A stretch of 64,000 nucleotides of DNA from the NCBI RefSeq assembly GCF_009914755.1, contig NC_060927.1. The stretch is one strand, 5' to 3'. The stretch is from the human T2T-CHM13v2.0 reference genome, Homo sapiens. The notes below the pieces were generated by a model. That model did no database searches and had not been told where the DNA came from. It saw nothing but the letters and a program-made list of their open reading frames with translations. Made by a program: the position numbers and the translations under genes. Positions 15,724-30,886 of the stretch are shown piece by piece. Position 1 is the first letter of the stretch, and every line of letters begins with the position of its first letter.

Positions 15724-16522
15724 TCGGCATTAAGGCCAGCTGTGGGGACTGGCCAGTCAGCAGGCTGAATATTAGGATGGTAAAGACACAGGCAGTGAGT
15801 GATATGAGATTTTTTTATGTTATCCAGGGTGATTTTTATATGTGACAAAAAGACTATTAATAAGGTTTAATTTTGATTTTAAAAACTGACATTTACTTTT
15901 TAAAAACTACTTTAGGCTTTTCAGTTCAGCTTCCAACTCTAGTTTCTTCTTTTTTATGTATAAGTCAGACAGAAGTTAGTAATAATTTCAAAGGGCCTTT
16001 GAATAACGTTTAGTCCCATTTACAAAATTAATTAAACATTTAAACTGTCCTTATACATTTAATATATGTATTTCTTTTTAAAAACTTAAATTATCTTATT
16101 GAAAATGTCACTGGATAGTAAATAATAACTTCACATTTAATAAATCAAATCTATAAATACAGTGATCCTCAAATTTTCTCAAATGTTCCAAATATATAAA
16201 ATGTCAAAAATTAATAGATTCTTGAAAAATAATTATTTTATTCTTAAAAATCTTTACATACTTACACTTAACTTTCTAAACTTCTGAGGTATAAAAGATA
16301 CAACCCCATTTGAGGAAGGCAGTTAAAAATTCAGTTAACTAAGGTTACTTATGACCAGGGATTTCAGTATTAAGACCTAGAGTTGCAGAGACCCAGAGCA
16401 CTTTGTCTCATCACCAACTAAGGAAACTACCAAATATCAAGTAATTCAGGGCATTTCTCAGTATACAAAGGTTACTAATGACCAGAAATTCCCATCTGGA
16501 TGCTGATTAGATTCCTGCTGAC

Positions 16523-16822
<300 letters not shown>

Positions 16823-19800
16823 ATTCCTGCTGACTAGATTCCAGGAGATCTGGATGATGATAGTAGAACCCATTTTATAGTTACTTTCTCAGGGATTTCA
16901 AAACAGGCATTGAGTCTTATATGTTCCTCTGTCCCTGGGTCTAGATTATTTACACATTACTAAGTCCTCCCGATTACTCATATAATTCTCCATCACCCAC
17001 CAGGTTCATCACTTATATCTTTTTGGTTCCCAAGTTATACAAATGATTCATCTAAGTCTAAGGTCTTTTGAACTAGATGGCATCTTATATTCTTTCATAT
17101 TCTCAGGACCATACAACTCTAACAGATACTTACAATGAGATAGATTGAATTTGGATATCTCAGTATCTACTTTGAAGTCACCTGTCATGAAGTAATGGTT
17201 CCCACAGCAGTGAAAAGTAAAAGGATTTATACACTTTTGGTACTTGCAGATAAGCAAAATTATGTAATAAAACTTTTGTCTTTTTAAGGAACCATCTATA
17301 TGTCAGGTACTGTGCTAGGCAAAAGAATATAATCATAGTTAACACAGACATGGGTTCTCTTCTCATAAAGGGTATGATAAAGTGAGGTTGACCATATCCT
17401 AATATTGAAATTTGGATAATAAAAGGGCAGGTACCTAAATATTGGACCTGATTTCTGCCAACGAATAAACTACTAATGTACTTAATTTCCTCTTTTCTGG
17501 AGTGAAACTAATGCCTATTCAGCTGGAGTTGCTGTAGAATTAACATGGAGATTATTACTAGCAATGTAGCTAGAACTTGTGGCAATTTACATTAAGAATG
17601 ACCTCATGGAACAAAGAAAAAAGTTCAGTTTTAAGAGTAATTTATTTATTCCCTATTCACTGATGAGGTTTATTTTTAAATGAAACTACTCTACCTTTTA
17701 GGATCTCACTATAGATATCATAGTAAAGCTTGATCATGAGACTTTGGGCAGCTCCTGTTGAAGCCAGTAAGGAAATTGGAATGAGTCACGTGTTATAGAA
17801 ACCAGTTCATCTGATTTTTGCCTTATTTCCATTTGACGGTACTTTCTGAATTAATATTTTATTGTTCTGAAGAGCTTCATAAAAACCATATGTGTTATTT
17901 CCTGATTCTTAAGAAAGGGCTTTAGAAGTTGTTCTAGTCCCTCAAGATAACTTAGAAAATATGGCCTTATTTTAGCAAGTTTTAGGCCATTGAGTGGCAT
18001 ATGCAACTGGTTTCTGAAATGGGCTCAACCCATGGCAACACTTGGGAAATAGCTTTATTCTTCTCTCACTATTGCTCTCAAATCACGTCACATCAAAGAA
18101 TATTGAAATGGTGTCCAGAATATTAAATAGAAAAGTAGTTAACCGTAAGAAAATATCAGTTTCCTCTTCAGTCATCCCTTGCTTTTAAATGAGTAGTAAG
18201 GCTGGGTTGGAAATTCAGACAGTGTAGGATGCTACTGCATTTGATATGCCCCAAGAATGATTCTCTGACTGGCAAAATAGTGTTTTCAGTAGAGCATGTG
18301 GCGGTGCATTTGAAGCCTTAAGAGTAATAAAGTCTCAGGACAGTCCTCTCCTTGGGCTCTGGGACTCCTGATACCTTCACAAAATGTTTTTTATTTTTCT
18401 TCTCAGGGGAAGCAGATGGAATGAACAACTTCTGTCTATTATCTGCTATTTTTAGGCAAGGTAAACCATCATCTGTGTGCCCCCTTTAGAGAAGTTGAGC
18501 TAATTTAGCAAAAACAAACAACAAACAAAAACAGTACAACAAATGTCCTGTTAAAAGTCTGTTTTCATTAGAAATTATATTCACTTGTTTCTGTTTGTTT
18601 TAGAAAAGAGGTAAATGCTGAAAGAGGGTGCGATTGGGTGTTGCCATTGAGCCACAATTTCTGTCCCAGGGAAATAATTATCCTCTTTGGAATTGTCAGT
18701 CAGTTGCTCCCACAGAGCTTGGCTATGGGCTGTGAGCAAAAACCCAGCTATACCAGCTTGAAGCCTAGAAATTTTGGATACATTGAAGAATCCAATCTTC
18801 TGCAAAGGGTCGGAAGCAGTGTGGGTAATAGTTAAATATTGTATTGGATAGGGACATTAAAATGTTTGGCTGTTCTCTCTCTTTTTATCTGAAACTTCCA
18901 GAATCAAAAGGTCTAGCCAAGAAAGGAAATCATTCCTAATTTTGGCAGGTTCTGTAATAGGAAGAAAGAATCAAGTCTAGCTAGCCAAATCTAGCCTAAT
19001 AACCAATGGGACAACTTCCAAATGTGGAAGTCAGTGCCTACCTACCATTGTTCTCCAGGACAATATAAAATAGTTCAATAAGCCATTTAGCTTAGGTGTT
19101 AGAAAAACGCAGCATCCTTAGTATAGTTGGTACCTGAAAAACATTTGCTATTTCAAGGCTTGATAGAGATACTGGCATATGCCTTCCTCAATCTCAATGT
19201 AATATATAGTACCTCATGGCCTATCAAAGAGAAAAATCTCCAGAGTAAAGGGAGCACTTGTGTAATAGGGTATTCTTCTCCATATAGGACAGAGATAGGT
19301 CATTTATGGTACTTTTGCAAAGTGAACCTGAAATTACAAGCTAAATTCTGACTTATATCTAATGATAGGAAACAATTCGCATTTAGATTTCCTTTCTGGT
19401 ATGTTGTCCTTTTGTCAGCTCTTTACTGACATAAAACCTCATTGCAGACATGCTAGAGGTTCATTTTTTGCCTAGCTTAGCAAAAATATGTAAAAAGACT
19501 ATTCTCTCCTATTTGTTTTATATTTCCTTTCAGAATAAACTGCATCTGCCCAAACAAATTCAAGTTGTAAAAAGCAGAAAATCAAGAAGCTATACCTAAT
19601 CATTGAAATCAGCTTCTAGAATTATAAATATGGAAACTGCTTGTTGTTATCAAACAAGAAATGGTCATGACCATTTACAACAGCCGCTGCTCTACAACTC
19701 TGATTTACCAGTCACTAAAACCCCTGTTTATAAGTGTCACATTTATATGCGCAGAATTGAACTTCTCATTCCAGTTTATACTGCCAGTGAGTTTTGGAAA

Positions 19801-22099
19801 TGGGAATCATGAATTTTTTGAGAGGTTTTTTATTTATTTAGCATGGTATGTTACAGAGTAAATGGTAAATAGATGGAAATAAAATGTAGTTTTACTTTAA
19901 GTTAGCCATTTAGGTGATCAAAACATCAATTCAATTGAGTTTGGCATATTGTTCTAATGTGATTATTATTAACAAAATTTAGAGTCTTGGATTTTTACAC
20001 TAGTTGTAAAGTGTTTAGTGAGTCCTCGTGTTCTCAGGAGGCTGTTTTACTGGAAACTAACCCGCCATTACTGGAAGTAGAAGACCAACTCTTAATTCAT
20101 TATCTCAACAAATCATAACAAGGATGAAAATAACTCTACCATATGTTTTGAGAATACCTTATGGTTTAATTATACCTATTATCTCATGTATAAGAGATAC
20201 ATGAGATCCTTAGATGAAATCAGTGATATAAGTAAGACAGATATTTTGGAGGAGGAAAATGAAGTCTAAAGAGTAAGTGGCTAGTCCAGAGCTGAAGAAC
20301 TAATTAGGGGTAGGGCCAGAGAAAGGACAGAAACCCCATCTTTCTAGTTCTACTCATTGCACTCTTATAGGGTGCTGACATTCTTTAAAGGATCTTCTTG
20401 AGAGAGGTGATGGTGGTGGATATTCTAGCTGTAGTATAAGCTAATCTCACAGCCACAAACCTCTGGATTCAGAATTCTAGCACCAAGGAATATTACTGAG
20501 AGAAGGAGAAGAGGCAGCGTTGAGGGTAGCTGAATGAGAGAGACGGGTCTTGTATCTAGGAACTTTGAGACTAGGGTCCTGGCAGAGGGTCTCCTTCAGG
20601 AACCTATGTAAATACAGCCAGAAAGTCTGGTTGTATACCTACCTGCCCCTTTGCCCCTTTCCTCTAGCGTCTTTTTCTCTGTGGATTCATAATGTAATTC
20701 AATTGAAACCTTTCTTTCTGGAGGGCTGCAGCAGCAGCCTCTCTTAAAGATTTCTGAGCCATAATAGGTTGTTCCATGCATTTTGATGCTTGATTAGAAT
20801 CTTAGAATGTGGGAACTGCAGTTTACAGACAATCTAGCTAGGTCCTTGTTTGAAAATGAATGCAGTGAGAAGACTGCTGTGTTGATATGAAAGCTGATAA
20901 ATAGTAAACCTGGAACCAGAACCCCTAATTCAGATCTCTTTCCACTGCATGATTGCTCTTTTGTTTCATTTCGATAAGGCAGTCAGCACACCAAGAGTTT
21001 AAGCTTTTTAAAGCCAAGGACTTCTTAGAACCTCCCCCCCTTAATGCCTACCCCATGCTGAATATGTTCCAGGGTAACAAAAGTGTACATTGAATTGACT
21101 TTGGAGCAAAAGAATCTGTTAGCTGTGCTGACTATGGCTCCCTCTGATTAAGTAGGGGGATGTTTGTTTCAATGTGAGAAATTCCTTTTCTGGGCTCTGC
21201 TATGAATATGCTATGCCAGTGGTGGCTGTGGGTGGTGGGTACAAAGTCAAGATACTAAGCCACAGGACTGCATTCTGACCCAGAATAGTTAGTTGGTCAT
21301 TATGATAGCATTCACCTGAGCTCTCCTGACTTGCTTGGGTTATTGGATATGTAAAACATACATTGATAAAGGAACCTCTTTAAGAGGCAAGGCACTTGTG
21401 CGTGTTTTATTTCAAGTATATTCCAAGGAGCTTGTTTAGTCCTATAAATAATCATTGATCCTCAGTGCCTCACAGCATGTATTATTTCCATTTTGCAGAT
21501 GAATCAAGAAAGTCAGACTTGTTAGGTTTTCCACCTAAGGCAAATGTGTTAATATTGTGTAAATAGAAGCTCTGAAAGACAATGGGATAGGAGGCCTTTT
21601 TCTGCACCTTTACCTTTGCCAGACATATGTACAAGGAACATCCCATGACTTAAAGATAGAAAACCCTAACCTGTATTACTTTAATACACCAACGTCAACA
21701 AAGGCCCAGAATCAAAGCTGGGCTGTGTTATCTTTTCTAACCAGAAGCTCTCTCAAGAAAGTACAGCTGGAAAAGCAAAGTAATTTCCAGTTGTGTCTTT
21801 GAAGTTGTCTGGTGTGATATGATGGATGTTTAATACATGCTGTGGATATTTTTAAAATAGGGAGCAATCATAAAATCATAACATAGAGGAACTTTTGAAC
21901 AACAACATTTAAGGTCTAAAAAAAAACCCTACATAGCATTTTTTTTCTTCCTTTACTTTATAGCTGTGTCTGTAGTCTGATGCTGATGAATTTTCTTTTT
22001 AAACTAGAGATTTAGACTCATTGGTAGTGAAACTGTTACATGTTATGTGATTTTTATACCATGAAAAATTTCTCGATTTCATGAGATCTTTCATTTCCC

Positions 22100-22153
22100 T
22101 ATGTGTGTGTGTGTGTGTGTGTGCGTGCGTGTGCGTGCGCGCGCATGCACGTA
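22100..22153. repeat. (TG)n/(CG)n alternating purine-pyrimidine tract
   Basis: 54 bp of uninterrupted R/Y alternation. Confidence 0.95.
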
Positions 22154-22739
22154 AATGCGTGTTAGTGGTTAACATGTCTATAAGAAAAGCTATTTGCCTC
22201 TCTCCCTCTGGTAGCTGGTCGAACGAAACTTGTCACTAATGGCTACTTTTAAGCAGTGACTATATGAATTTATTGTTCTATTTTTGGTCAGGCAGTTGCT
22301 ATGTGGTTTAGTGGCTTTGTTTAGTATTAGGGCTCCTAGATGAGCAATACAGCAAGAGAAGAGTGTCTGGCACATAGTGTGTAGTAGGTACCCAGTAAAT
22401 GTGTATTGAATGAATTAATTAAATAGAGAATGAATGACTCCAGATCATACCACAAAGCCTGGACTAAACCAGTTAGTGAACAATTTTAGAATGTTAGAGG
22501 TAAGTGACATTAGAAGTCACTTAATCTACTTTCCTGTTGGGAGATATCAAATGAATTAGATCTATTTGCTCTAGAAAATATTTTAAAGGAGAGATTTAGA
22601 GTATTGGAAAGGATACCAGATTTATAGTTCGATGATCTGGGTTCCATAGACAGCTAAACTCTTGCTTTTTTGTATGACCTTGGATACGTTCCTTAGTTTT
22701 TCGCTTCTAAAGTATGGATAAAATGAGATAATGGATGTA

Positions 22740-23600
22740 AAATTGTGGGGTGGGGTTCAAGTATTTAATCTGCCTAGCACCCTTCTTCACTTCTAGCAAC
22801 AGACTGCACACCCATCCTGACCACAGGGCATATGGCCTGGTACCTCACCTCATCTGAACACAGTGATTGGCTCAGGAGGTGGTCACATGATTGAAACAGG
22901 GCCAACTAGAGTCTTCCTGTGGGATTTTTCAATGCCATCCTGACAGGCGTTTTTCTCTAGTATGGTATTGCTGTAAGGATCAGCGTTTGGAGCTACTGGT
23001 AGCCAATTGCTACCTTCCGACTCCCTCTATTGGAGAGAATATGATAGCATACAAAGAGTATCAGTGCTATGTTTGAATATTTATGTACTCACCACAGTTT
23101 GTGTTGAAACTTAATCCCCAGTGCACAGTATTATGAGGTAGGGCCTTCAGGAGATGATTAAGTCACCAGGGCAGAGCCCTCAAGAATGGGACTAGTGACC
23201 TTATAAGAGGGCTGGAGGGAACTAGCTAGGTCCTTTTGTCCCTCTTTCTCTCCTACCATGCGAGGACACCTAGATGGTGCCATCTATGAGAACAGGCCTT
23301 CGCCGGAGACTGAACCTGCGAATACCTCGATGTTGGGCCTCCCAGTTTCCAGAACTATGAGATAATAAATTTGATTTATAAAATGCTCACTCTGTCGTAT
23401 ATTGTTATAGCAGCACAAATCGATGAAGACAAGCAGATCTAAGGCAGAGATGCAAGGCAGATGGGGTCTAAGTTTCTGATTTAGTTTTCTTTGAGGCAAA
23501 CCTAACTCCTATGTTTACAGCAGTTTTTTGTTTTGTTTTGCTTTGCTTAAGGTAGCTTGTCAGGTTTCTATGATTTGCTGACTGAAAGAGTTTCAACTCA
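22740..23600 (+). mobile_element. Old MLT1 (K/L-like) LTR split by a younger MLT1A LTR
   Basis: gtgattggctcaggaggtggtcacatga...gggccaactagagtcttcc before the insert; ttttgctttgcttaaggtagcttgtcaggtttct...gaaagagt after it. Confidence 0.6.
23065..23431 (+). mobile_element. MLT1A-like solo LTR
   Basis: tgctatgtttgaat...gttatagcagcacaaa...aagaca; near-TSD atcag/agcag. Confidence 0.85.
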
Positions 23601-25017
23601 TCTAGTAACCAGTGAATTGAAAAAAACAAGATTCAAGGGGTCTAACCAGAAAGCATTTTTATTTTCCTATTTTCCAATTAGAGTGTATTCAGTAGAGGAA
23701 GCTCCTCCCTACCCCAAAATGAAAACTTGGGTGGTCCTATGATTTTTCTCTTAATTTTAAGTAATATACTTTATTACAATGACTTTTAGTTGGAAATTAT
23801 CAGAGTAGAATGGCCAATTCCATGAGGTACTCAAAACTTCAAAGTTGATATGAGTTAAATCTTCTCCCAGTTTCCCTTCCCCAGTTAAGACCTTTGACAG
23901 TTAGAAACTCTGTCTTCCTTAAGTTTCCACTTGCTAGTTGCTGATCCTGCAGGGTCTAAGCTGGAAAAGGAAGGAAAAGAGGGAGAGGAAAAGAGAGGGG
24001 GCAGGAAAGTGCTTACTTGGCTGATAGTGACACATGGCTTCATGCTTCAGTGTCTAGTTAAGTGTTTAAAGCTGACTCTTCCTGCTGGTCACTGTGAGTT
24101 TCTGCCATGCCTACCCTCTTCATTTTATTTACTTGTAGTGTAGTCAGTGCATTTTCCCCATATCCTGGTTTTCAGCAATCTGTTCCATAAATGCTCCATT
24201 GTGAGGTCCTTTCACTGCTCCAGGCAGTCCTCTGGCAGGATCGAAGTGGCTTCAGGCCAGCTCTCTCCCCCTTGTGGCTCGCATCTGTCCACAGGGAGCA
24301 CTCATGATCCTGGACAGACAAGCACTGGGAGTGCAGGCCAGTCTAGCACAGTCCCCACCACCTTCCCACCTCTCCTTCAGCTTCTGCTCTTCCAGCTTTT
24401 CCAGGCAGGAGTCACACACATATCCCCTCCAAACTGTAGGGGCACATGCCAGGCTTCCTGAACAGCCCTTTTGAGGCCCCTCTCTCCTGACTTGCCCACG
24501 TCACCATCACTCATCCCTCTGTGTTACATGTGAGAAGGGGGACACTGTGCTCCCAAGAAACCTTCCTCAGAAACTCTCCCTTGATTTCCATACTTTTGAC
24601 TCTTTCATTTTGAATGTGAGTTAGGGCTTTTTAGAACCACAAAACAGGTCGCAAAGTGTTTCTTTTACAAATGTACACGTGGGCCTGGAACTTCAGAGTG
24701 GAATTTCATGAACATGTCTTGGTATCTGTGTTGAAATTTCTAATTTAGCAGTCCCTTAAAAAAAAAAAAGTGTTTTGTAAACTGTGAAGTGCTACACAAA
24801 TGTGGGGAATTAACTCCCTTTGCCCTGAAGACATACAAGGACTGAATGAAACAAAAGAGAGAATAAAATGTGGTTGTACTTCTTGAAGAAGAAAACACTT
24901 GCAAGAGATTTATGGGGGCTAGCCTGAGTGACTTGTTTCTGTATCTCGTTAGTTCATACTTTATTACTTAGTTGAGGTAGTATTGTTCATAATACACAGC
25001 TTCCAATTTGTACTGCT

Positions 25018-25562
25018 TGTAACCGAATTCCGGTTTAGCTGCTCCCCACCTGAAAAACCAAATACATGAGAGGTGAGATATGGTGCAAGGAAGGCAGTTT
25101 TATTCAAATGCCAACAGAAGACATGACCAGGCTGAAGCCTCAAAGGAACCATCTCAAAATTTTAGGCGGAGTGAAGGAGTTTAAGAGGGAAGCTTCGTAT
25201 GGGAAACACGCAGGAGTGGTGCATGCTGTGGGTCTGCATGTCACTTTCTGATGGCCGTCTTCAGTTCTTACACGCCTGGAGTGAGAGCTGGTGCCATTTT
25301 GGTTGCGGCTGGGTTGTAGATTCACTGCCTTGAGGTAACCTCTAACTGGGGGAGAATTCCATACCTAAGTCTTCATGCCTGGTTCATTTCAAGATTACCC
25401 CTTGAATTTCTAAGCAAGCATATGGTTAGATAAGTGCAGAGTGCCAGGGAGTGGGAAAGAGAGGGAAACAGTGAATTTTAAGGTACATTTTAAGGCTGTA
25501 GTTTAAGACAGGGGACAAAAAAAGTTTTAAAATGCATTTCTAAGCTGAGAGGTTCAGTTACA
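25018..25562 (-). mobile_element. ERV1-class solo LTR (MER66-like)
   Basis: TGTAACCGAA...TTCAGTTACA inverted termini, exact 4-bp TSD TGCT, AATAAA on the minus strand. Confidence 0.8.
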
Positions 25563-25894
25563 TGCTCTTCTAACTAAATGTATAAATGACACTAATTAAG
25601 ACAGTAGGGGACAAACATTTGAAATAAAAAATATGAGTTGCTCAGGCAGCCAGTATTTCTCTGCTTTTTGGTTTAGGCAGCCTGAAGTTTGTACAGACAC
25701 ATACCATGTCCACATACTCAGTGTAGGTTTTTGTGGTTATGGTATTTTGCCTGTGTGCACAAGCTGATTGACCATCCTGTACCACACCAGAAAAGTACTT
25801 TCTCCACTCAAAGGTTGGAGAAATTGCTAGAGAACAGGAGAGATCAAATGGGAAGCTGCACCCATCACCTGGAATCCACACGTCCTCATTTATC

Positions 25895-26130
25895 CATTTA
25901 GTTCATTCAGCAATTATTTACTGAACACCTACTATTTTTCCAAGGCACTATGCTAGCCAGTAGGGCTATAGTGGTGAAAGAGAGTTTGCTATCTAATGGG
26001 GGAAACAAGACATCACACATTGTCATGCCCAATTATAAATTGTGCTAAGTGGCAAGAAGAAAAAGAAAAAGATGGGAGAAGAGCAGGGATCTCCTAACTT
26101 AGTTTGGTATGTGTGGGGAAGGCATTCTTG
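25895..26130 (-). mobile_element. L2 fragment
   Basis: ttcattcagcaattatttactgaacacctactat...ggcactatgctag. Confidence 0.7.
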
Positions 26131-26849
26131 GCAGAGGATACATAAAGGGTGGGTCTCACTATTTGTCCTTGTTTTCAGTTCACATATGTTCCTAATTAAA
26201 ATTAAATACCATTAGTCAGTATCTAAATATCCTTAGGTTAGGATGTAGTATTTTCCAGGGTTTTGATGCAAACCTATTCTTCCAAAATGTTTTCTTCTTC
26301 AGATGGTGCTTTATACTTTTCTTAAGTAGAGCTAAGAATTTGTTTTAAAAAGGCTACTTTGAGAAACATCACTGTTTATTGGAATATAAATTTGTGTATA
26401 ATACTTTCTCTAAGTAGTCAATTCTGCCTTCTCAGAGACTTTTTTAATGCCAAACTTGAAGAGCTCTTGCAGAGGAGTCATTCTTTTGTTTTTTTGCTCT
26501 TTCTCATTCTTTATGGTCAGTTCTTCCACTAATTTATTTTATTTCAAAGCAGGGATCCAAGGGAAGGAGGAGTGAGGAAAACCTTTTTAGCTATGTATGT
26601 TTTCTCAAAAAAAAATTTACCTAAGGTTTTCTTCAAGAAAGCAATAAAGTGAATATGGTTTTGAGCATGTTATGAACACAGAGCAATTTGACTTGACTGA
26701 AATAGGATGGATTGAGAAAAGCCTGTATTTCCACTGTGATATAATATCTGCTTAAAGTATGGGCTACAGGGAATGCTTGGCACCTCTTCAAGCTATCAGA
26801 AGTTTTATTTTGATACAAATTATTTCCCAAATGCTGCATGACATAGGAG

Positions 26850-27470
26850 ACATAGTGCTGGACAGTGCATTAAGAAACTTTGTTTCTGACTTCTATTTTG
26901 TCACCTATAGTCTTATTTGGGTAAGTTGTTTAGTTGCTGTATGCCTCAGTTGCCTTAGCTACAAGCTGAGGGTGGTGATAATACCTGCCTCACTGCTTCT
27001 CAGAATTGTTGGGGAAATACATGAAGTAATCTTATAGGATGAAGACTCCTTTAAATGATCAAAATCTTCACATTTGATAAATGATTATTATTGCCATTTG
27101 TCTGTTTTTGGGTATGATATTCATGGCTGATCTTAGTCTATCAAATCATTTTCCCCAAGTTCATTTATCCTTAGACCAAGATTCATGGCATCTTACCTGT
27201 GTGTCTAGCTGGGTAAATGTTTTATGACATGGCTGCCACTAATACAGATATTCCAGGAGGTCATGTATATTAGAAAAACGTGTCTTTTGAAATAGAACTG
27301 AATTTGAATTTCAGCCTCATCATTCACTGCTAAACGACCTGGGGAATTTAATCTTTTTGTGCTTCAGTTTTCTCATTGGGAAATGGCTGTGATAATTAAA
27401 TGATAAACACTGTGAAAATGCTTAACACACTGCCAGGTGTTATGGTAGGCTTTTAATATGTGCTAGTTCT
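26850..27470 (+). mobile_element. Two MIR fragments
   Basis: gcctcagttgcctt...ataatacctgcctca...gttggggaaatacatga and gcttcagttttctcattgggaaatgg...aaatgcttaacacactgccagg. Confidence 0.7.
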
Positions 27471-29159
27471 CTTTCCCTTTAAAACAAGCAGAATGGAATC
27501 CAGTATTTGCAACACAGGTTATTTTCTTTATAAGAGATCCATGAAGGGAGTATGATTAACACAAATTCAGTTTCTATTTACATTTTGCTGTAGTTGAGAA
27601 AGTGAGGCACATCTGTACTTGTTTTCTGATAAAATCATAATTTCTTAGATAAAATTGCCTTGTATTATATGCCATTTTTTTTAGAGAACTGAGTATTAGC
27701 TGTTTGTTGATAGAAATGGCACAGAAAGCAATTTGTTGTTTTTATTTTATTATAATTTGAAATGCTATATTTTGAGTGAATTTTTTTTTTGTTATTTACG
27801 TAGGACTTATATCTACCTATTTCTAGAAAAGTTTTTGAACTGTTCACAAAATTAAGCCCAATAGAAAACAAGGCAATTAAAAATGAAATTGAAACAAAAA
27901 TAGGGTAAGCATAAAGGTATCTTCAGACACCTGATGATAAGTGGTATAAAATGGAAGGACAAGAGCTCTTCTTGTTTGTTGCATTTCTTGTTGTTCATTA
28001 TCATTTTTCATTATCCCTGTTTGAGCATCCCCCACCTCCCTCTCTTCCTTGCCTCCTCATTATTTGGAGGAATGGGAGACATGGGAGCTAGGGAAGTTGG
28101 TGGGTAATAAGCCACAGCTGACCAAGAATTTGCAGCATGCAAATAGAAAGCATACATTCTTTTTGTTGCCTTGACTTTTTTTTTTTTAATTCACAGCTTC
28201 AAATATTGCATCTGCAAATATATTGTCTCTTGCCTGGGGTATAACCTTTCTTGCTGTCTTTATTTGAAATGTTTCTGAGCCAGGAATGATGGAATGAATG
28301 ACTCAATCTGATTACATAAAAAAAGATTTTGATACATAGCTTTGTATTTGTGAATTTAAAATGACTGAATTTATCTTTAATAAAAGTGCCTCCTGAGAAA
28401 TGTGTTTAATGGAGGTTTATGCTGTTATGGATATTTCAACCTAATAGTGTAATTACCATATGTCATTAATCCTATTTCTACAGGGAATTTGTCCCCTTGT
28501 TTCTTTTAAAGCTAGAGGGTAACAAGAGCAAATGTTTTTAACTTTAGCACATTATTCATTTTAGATGTAAGTTGACAAGTTGAAGATATGAAAATAAGAA
28601 ATCTGGATGATCAATTTTTTAAAAAGTGGCAACCATTAAGCTGTGTTCAAAAAGAATGCCTCATGGCATCCCCCTCCTGTGCTGATATTAGTGTAAAACA
28701 CTTATTTTTAGCTTTTGATTTTCTGTGCTCCCCACCCCAAATACTTTTTTGGTAGGCCTCCTGCTGTGACCAAAGTCAAATAAGTGGAAATGAGGGAAGG
28801 TTAACATTTAAGTGATAAATTTAAGAGAAGATTACACATTCAGTGTTTGCTTGCTCAGTCTTCTGAGAGAAAGAGGTGGTGTGATCTGTTGTTTTTTTCT
28901 CTTCCCTTCTTTCCATTATTCCCATCCAACATTATGTTATAATGAAAGTAATATATGTTCATTGTAGAAATCCTTAAAGATACAGAAAACTTAGAGAAGG
29001 AAAAAAATGTCTCATGTAATTCCTTCACTCCAAAAGAACAACTATTGCTAGAGGTTCTGTAATGATATACATCATTATTTTATGCATATATGGATTCAGG
29101 CTGTAGGACAGCTTGGTGAACTTTTTTTTTCCAGTTACCAATATACTATAAATATTTTA

Positions 29160-29456
<297 letters not shown>

Positions 29457-30480
29457 GATCACATCATTAAATCATGTTTTAATGGCTGTATCATGTTTTC
29501 TCTACAATATAAATGTATCTAGATATGGACAAAACATAGTTACATGAAAACAAAAGCCTTTAAGCCCCAAACCCTGAAGGTAAGTCACAAATCATATAAC
29601 CCTGGCATGAGTGAAGACCTGTGTGTTACTCAGCAGTGGCTGAGCTGCTTGGGACCATCCAGAGAGCTTGTAGAACCAAATATGTAGTCGTCAGGGACTG
29701 CTCAACTTCTTTTGATTATAAATAATAACTCCTGTTAACTTTATATTGGCAATTGTTTAATTCTGTCACCCTGAAGATGTAGTTTCGATTCTGATCTGTT
29801 GCTCTTATCTCCACCCTAACTTAATCTTCTTTAAAGAATGGTATAATTTACAACAGTCAGGGTAACCTTTCTGGAGGTAAGGAGGCTAGGAGAGTGACTG
29901 GGTGCGTACATCTGTATGTGTATATAAATGCCCCCTTCTTGTTTGGTTTAGCATAGTTAAAAAAGTAGTGATCCATCAGATAGAGTTTGCTGGGCCAGAA
30001 ATACTGCAGTGCAGCAGAGACCTTGGAAAAAGTGAGATAGCATATGCTTAAGCAATACTGCACTAGTGTTGCATAAATGGTGGAGGCTGCGGCTCCCCTG
30101 TTTGTTTTTCCCAGCAGACTTGTCCTGAGGCGAAGCTGTGCTACCTGAAAGGAGAAGCTTCAGTGATGGAGTCCTAATTGTACCAAATCAAAGTTCATTG
30201 AGTCAGCTAGGTCATTAACTCGTTGATATTTAATTACTAGCTGCTTCACTGCTGGAAAATGTCATTAAGCCGTTGTACTAAATCTGCTTTAAAGAATGCA
30301 TTTTCCTTTTTGAATGGTTCATGTTTTGTAGTCTTGTAGAAAAATCAGAAAAACATCTGAACAATCCAGTAAAGCTGGCAATCCCAGCTGCTGTGTCCTC
30401 AGCCACCATTGGTCTCTCAGGCCTGCATCTGATTGTGGGCAGGCCCTGCAGAAGAAACACATCTGGAGATTCGGCAATAA

Positions 30481-30886
<406 letters not shown>

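Noticed and set aside
23267-23282. CTCF-like acctagatggtgc
   Set aside because: Poor 5' half, no upstream motif, and inside an MLT1A LTR
23900-24750. 104-aa ORF and LTR-like composition
   Set aside because: Probably an ancient LTR, but I cannot assign a family or boundaries; the ORF has no recognisable homology
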